DNA of 64,000 nt, taken from contig NC_086097.1 of assembly GCF_963921235.1 (NCBI RefSeq), forward strand, positions 139,688,001-139,752,000. The letters are read 5' to 3'. This DNA is from Mobula hypostoma (Eukaryota). Numbering within the stretch: the first letter of the stretch is position 1; each line of letters starts with the position of its first letter. The notes below the pieces were generated by a model. The model did not search any database. It saw only the letters and a program-made list of their open reading frames with translations, and had not been told where the DNA came from. Shown in pieces: positions 63,973 to 64,000 of the stretch. The position numbers and the translations under genes are program-made.

Positions 63973-64000
63973 CTGCAGCACAAGAGAGTCAGGGTTAAGA

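Overview
Eukaryotic, repeat-dense vertebrate DNA. The repeat complement (CR1/HER1-like LINEs, HE1/V-SINE, Penelope-like elements, Rex/Babar, L1) points to a cartilaginous fish, probably a ray or skate; this is inference. Two host genes face each other tail-to-tail. The last three coding exons of HERPUD2 lie on + (7419-7742, 19022-19139, 19882-20070) and the last two coding exons of TBX20 lie on - (63860-63972, 57483-57820), all with GT-AG boundaries and consistent phase. Most other ORFs in the track are transposon remnants or antisense shadows. Main observations: (1) a U_UUA_AAC-UAG slippery heptamer, in the correct phase, joins CR1 ORF1 to an ORF2 whose first AUG lies deep inside the endonuclease, and it is retained in three divergent CR1 copies, suggesting -1 programmed ribosomal frameshifting; (2) a family of minimal hammerhead ribozymes sits in Penelope pseudo-LTRs, with one intact copy in an inverted-repeat insertion in a HERPUD2 intron; (3) a 1.1-kb solo LTR; (4) a telomere-like (TTTCAGGG)19 tract replaces part of an L1 endonuclease; (5) a 14-bp minisatellite has a 376-bp higher-order repeat; (6) HERPUD2 and TBX20 are convergent. 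All calls were made by eye, without database searches.
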